From the sequence record SRR20825010_1537: a DNA stretch of 41,930 bases; one strand, written 5' to 3'. Positions 39,252 through 41,930 of this stretch are shown here, in pieces. How positions within the stretch are numbered: position 1 is the stretch's first letter; the number at the start of each line of letters is the position of its first letter. Under the pieces are notes generated by a model that did not search any database, was not told the origin of the DNA, and saw only the letters and a program-made list of their open reading frames with translations. Both the position numbers and the translations under genes were made by a program.

Positions 39252-40386
39252 ATTTGGTACTAAGGCAGTTCATGCTGGAGTAAACCCAGATCCAACTACG
39301 GGGGCAATTATGACTCCTATTTATCAAACTTCTACCTATGTACAGCGATCACCTGGTGATCACAAAGGTTTTGAGTATTCTAGAACTCAGAATCCAACGC
39401 GTTCTGCTTTACAGGATAGCATTGCCGCGCTGGAGAATGCGAAACATGGTTTGTGTTTCGGTTCTGGTTTGGCAGCAATCGATGCTGTGATTAAGCTTCT
39501 AGCACCTGGTGACGAAGTAATTACAGGTGATGATCTTTATGGAGGTACTTATCGAATCTTCACCAAAATCTTTGCGAAATACGGAATCAAGTTCAATTTT
39601 ATCTCGTTGGAAGATGTGTCGAATATCGAAAGGCACATTACTCCACAAACGAAGCTGATTTGGATAGAGACACCCACTAATCCAATGATGAATATTATAG
39701 ACATAGAAGGGGCGGCAGCTATCGCTAAGAAGCACAAAATAATGCTTGGGGTGGATAACACTTTTGCCACTCCATATCTTCAAACCCCTCTCGACTTAGG
39801 GGCTGATCTTGTAATGCATTCTGTTACCAAATATTTGTCGGGACATTCAGATGTGGTAATGGGCGCCTTGGCCGTGAACGATGATAAGTTGGCCGAAGAT
39901 TTGGCGTTTATTCAAAAGTCATGTGGAGCAATATGTGGGCCTCAAGATGCCTTCTTGGTGTTAAGAGGGATTAAAACTCTGCATTTACGTATGCAAAGGC
40001 ATTGCGAGAATGGGGAGAAGGTAGCGAGGTATTTGGCTAATCACCCAAAGGTTGGAAAAGTATATTGGCCTGGTTTTAAAAACCACCCAAATCACAAAAT
40101 TGCAAAAACTCAAATGAAAGGTTTTGGAGGAATGATTTCTTTCGTATTCAAACAGGATGACCAGCAGCAGGCTTTTAGAGTATTAGAAAAGTTGAAATTC
40201 TTTGCGTTGGCTGAATCTTTAGGAGGCGTAGAGTCGTTATCTAACCATCCAGTTACCATGACTCACGGTGCCGTTCCAAGAGAAGAAAGAATGAAAATTG
40301 GGCTCTTGGATTCACTTATTCGAATTAGTGTAGGAATTGAAGACATAGAAGATTTGATTGCAGATTTAGAACAAGCGTTAGCTTAG
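39229..40386 (+). CDS. metB: Cystathionine gamma-synthase/gamma-lyase (PLP-dependent Cys/Met metabolism)
   Basis: YSRTQNPT, ETPTNP, DNTF, HSVTKY PLP lysine and ESLGGVES. ATG 39229 overlaps the mscS 3' end. Synthase versus lyase cannot be resolved by eye. Confidence 0.88.
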   Translation: MEKNLDTKFGTKAVHAGVNPDPTTGAIMTPIYQTSTYVQRSPGDHKGFEYSRTQNPTRSALQDSIAALENAKHGLCFGSGLAAIDAVIKLLAPGDEVITGDDLYGGTYRIFTKIFAKYGIKFNFISLEDVSNIERHITPQTKLIWIETPTNPMMNIIDIEGAAAIAKKHKIMLGVDNTFATPYLQTPLDLGADLVMHSVTKYLSGHSDVVMGALAVNDDKLAEDLAFIQKSCGAICGPQDAFLVLRGIKTLHLRMQRHCENGEKVARYLANHPKVGKVYWPGFKNHPNHKIAKTQMKGFGGMISFVFKQDDQQQAFRVLEKLKFFALAESLGGVESLSNHPVTMTHGAVPREERMKIGLLDSLIRISVGIEDIEDLIADLEQALA

Positions 40387-40407
40387 CCAAATATTATAGC
40401 TCTTTAT

Positions 40408-40432
40408 AAGCCCACCTCGAGTGGGCTTTTTT
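40408..40432 (+). terminator. Rho-independent terminator
   Basis: AAGCCCAC-CTCGA-GTGGGCTT followed by a T run. Confidence 0.85.
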
Positions 40433-40521
40433 GTTGTCAGGGCTTGATTCAGAATATTATTCTGTTAATACTTGTTAATCTGTGGGTAATAAAAATATTA
40501 TACTTTTATTTCATCAATTCA

Positions 40522-40551
40522 TAAACTTTTGTTGACCTTTGTCGTCTTATA
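40522..40551 (+). promoter_or_regulatory. Putative ECF-sigma promoter
   Basis: TAAAC-N16-CGTCTTATA. Confidence 0.55.
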
Positions 40552-40660
40552 GGGAGTAAGAGGAATCCAACAAATAAACGAGTATTTTCTGGAAACCGTT
40601 ACCCAAGAATAAAAGAATAGAAAAGTGAACAAAAAAACAGAAAAACAACAAGAACAGGTC

Positions 40661-41056
40661 ATGAAACAAGTACTCAAGAAACAAAAAACGCTGTCCGCCC
40701 TTGTGGCATTTGGTTTAGCAGCAGTAATTACGCTTTTCGCAGCTTCAAATTCGTTTGGAGTCCCTTCTCACGAAGACATTTCAGACATAGACGCTAGAAT
40801 TGATATGGAGCTTTTGGCAGAGGCGGTAAGCGAAATCAAAAAGGAGATGTACACTTTTGATATGGACGAAACTTTCAACTTATATACTGAGGATGTAAAG
40901 AACATTAAAGTATTCAATGCTGAGAATAAACTTGTAGGTCAAGTATCCTTAAAAGGTAACCAAGTTATTGAAGATAAAAATATACAGATACTTGTTAACC
41001 GCTCAGAGTTTTTATCAAGTCATGGTAACACTTCTATATATAGAATTTCAGAATAA
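40661..41056 (+). CDS. Hypothetical exported protein (paralogue 1)
   Basis: Hydrophobic N-terminus, own terminator and similarity to the next gene. ATG 40661 preferred over GTG 40625. Confidence 0.75.
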   Translation: MKQVLKKQKTLSALVAFGLAAVITLFAASNSFGVPSHEDISDIDARIDMELLAEAVSEIKKEMYTFDMDETFNLYTEDVKNIKVFNAENKLVGQVSLKGNQVIEDKNIQILVNRSEFLSSHGNTSIYRISE

Positions 41057-41083
41057 AGATTAGTGGTTCATTTGAACATAGTT

Positions 41084-41113
41084 AAAAGCTGACCAAAACG
41101 GTCAGCTTTTTTT
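41084..41113 (+). terminator. Rho-independent terminator
   Basis: AAAAGCTGACC-AAAAC-GGTCAGCTTTT followed by a T run. Confidence 0.85.
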
Positions 41114-41243
41114 GTACCCTAGAGAGTGATTTTTTGTGCTAACAAAAACAATAAGGCATGTTTTTACGTAGGTATATTAGCCCCGAGTAGTGTGTGACTG
41201 AGGTAATTACCCTTTTTAATTTTTGAACCTAAAAATTGATGTC

Positions 41244-41582
41244 ATGAAAGCACGAAACTATAACAAAGTACTGTCCGCATTCGCGATCGTAGGAGCCACC
41301 GCTCTAATGGCCTTTGTACTTGAAAATTTTAGTGACTCAACAAAAGCTAAGTCTGAGGATACAAATCTTAAATCTGAGAACATCATCCAGTTTTCAATTG
41401 ATGATTCGCTTGATGCGGCAACGAGCGGTGTAGAGCGAGTGAAAATTTTTGATGCTCAAGATGCCTTGATAACCGAATTTACCGAGGGTGAACCTGTGAG
41501 TAATGAAACACTTAAGCTTTATCGAAAAGCTGACTTTCTTTCCAAGTTTAATAACCTAGCCATCTATAAATTGAGCGAATAG
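41244..41582 (+). CDS. Hypothetical exported protein (paralogue 2)
   Basis: Hydrophobic N-terminus; the C-terminus aligns with paralogue 1. ATG 41244 preferred. Confidence 0.75.
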   Translation: MKARNYNKVLSAFAIVGATALMAFVLENFSDSTKAKSEDTNLKSENIIQFSIDDSLDAATSGVERVKIFDAQDALITEFTEGEPVSNETLKLYRKADFLSKFNNLAIYKLSE

Positions 41583-41755
41583 CGCTATATTAAATTTTTT
41601 CTTTGTAGGGTTATATAGTGGGAGTATTTGGTTTGTCTTAAAATCTCCATTCATATAAAATGTGAATTGACACCCCTGTTTTTCGTTTGTTGTTTTTACC
41701 TTTTGCTCACGAGCAAACCGTCAATAATTTTTGGCGGAGACCAAAAACCACAACT

Positions 41756-41930
41756 ATGAACAGATTAAAAACTACTATCAACCATTTTGGCTTGTTGGTT
41801 CTGATCGGTTTGGTGTTTTTTGCCTTTGATACTCAAGCGCAGAGAAACCGAAAGAACAGCCCGCCACCCCCGCCTAAGCAAGATCTTCAGGCTAATATTT
41901 TTAACGATATAGAATGGCGCTCCATCGGGC
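41756..41930 (+). CDS. VPS10/sortilin-like (BNR-repeat) secreted protein, 5' part (truncated)
   Basis: Absent from the ORF track. Translation MNRLKTTINHFGLLVLIGLVFFAFDTQAQRNRKNSPPPPPKQDLQANIFNDIEWRSIG gives a signal peptide plus the WRSIG(P) motif that opens this family. Confidence 0.7.
   Translation, partial: MNRLKTTINHFGLLVLIGLVFFAFDTQAQRNRKNSPPPPPKQDLQANIFNDIEWRSIG

Noticed and set aside
631-39783. Numerous 60-126 aa ORFs overlapping larger genes (e.g. 631-840, 3944-4613, 5995-6372, 8598-8978, 22613-23026, 28523-28783, 39499-39783)
   Set aside because: They are antisense or alternative-frame shadows of well-supported genes and have no recognisable motifs.
1-41930. CRISPR arrays, tRNA/rRNA, transposases, integrases, prophage or defence genes
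   Set aside because: No regularly spaced repeats, cloverleafs or relevant protein motifs were seen by eye. Short ncRNAs cannot be excluded without an Infernal/Rfam search.

Overview
This window is core-genome DNA from a Bacteroidota bacterium, probably Cytophagales or a similar marine lineage. That assignment rests on the SusC/SusD pair, TAnnTTTG -7 promoter boxes, signal peptides followed by Gln, and the DUF4249 lipoprotein. It holds about 37 genes, two of them truncated at the edges and missed by the ORF track: a NUDIX/MutT gene on the left and a VPS10/BNR-like gene on the right. Recognisable genes include an M13 peptidase, PhyH-type dioxygenase, sodC, a TonB receptor with a DUF4249 lipoprotein, glutaminyl cyclase, TlpA, an IorAB-type molybdoenzyme, pckA, a POT transporter, fabH, a UDG-family protein, TRIC, RidA, EamA, HAD, a Tat-exported Gfo/Idh/MocA oxidoreductase, a DUF3352-like protein, mscS and a cystathionine gamma-synthase/lyase. 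I saw no rRNA, tRNA, CRISPR array, transposase or integrase. The best candidate for an undescribed system is a CAZyme-free SusC/SusD locus (12976-21092) carrying two phosphoesterases. It sits opposite a BetI-like TetR gene, and the divergent promoter has a perfect palindromic operator overlapping an 11-bp-period repeat array. This suggests a phospho-organic (possibly choline-phosphate) scavenging locus under dual control. Other candidates are a stand-alone IF-2-N-like protein with no GTPase domain, a shared ECF-type promoter set, a sigma54-like promoter for a small secreted protein, a LacI-type operator, and a tandem pair of unknown paralogues. All functional calls come from motif recognition by eye; no searches were run.
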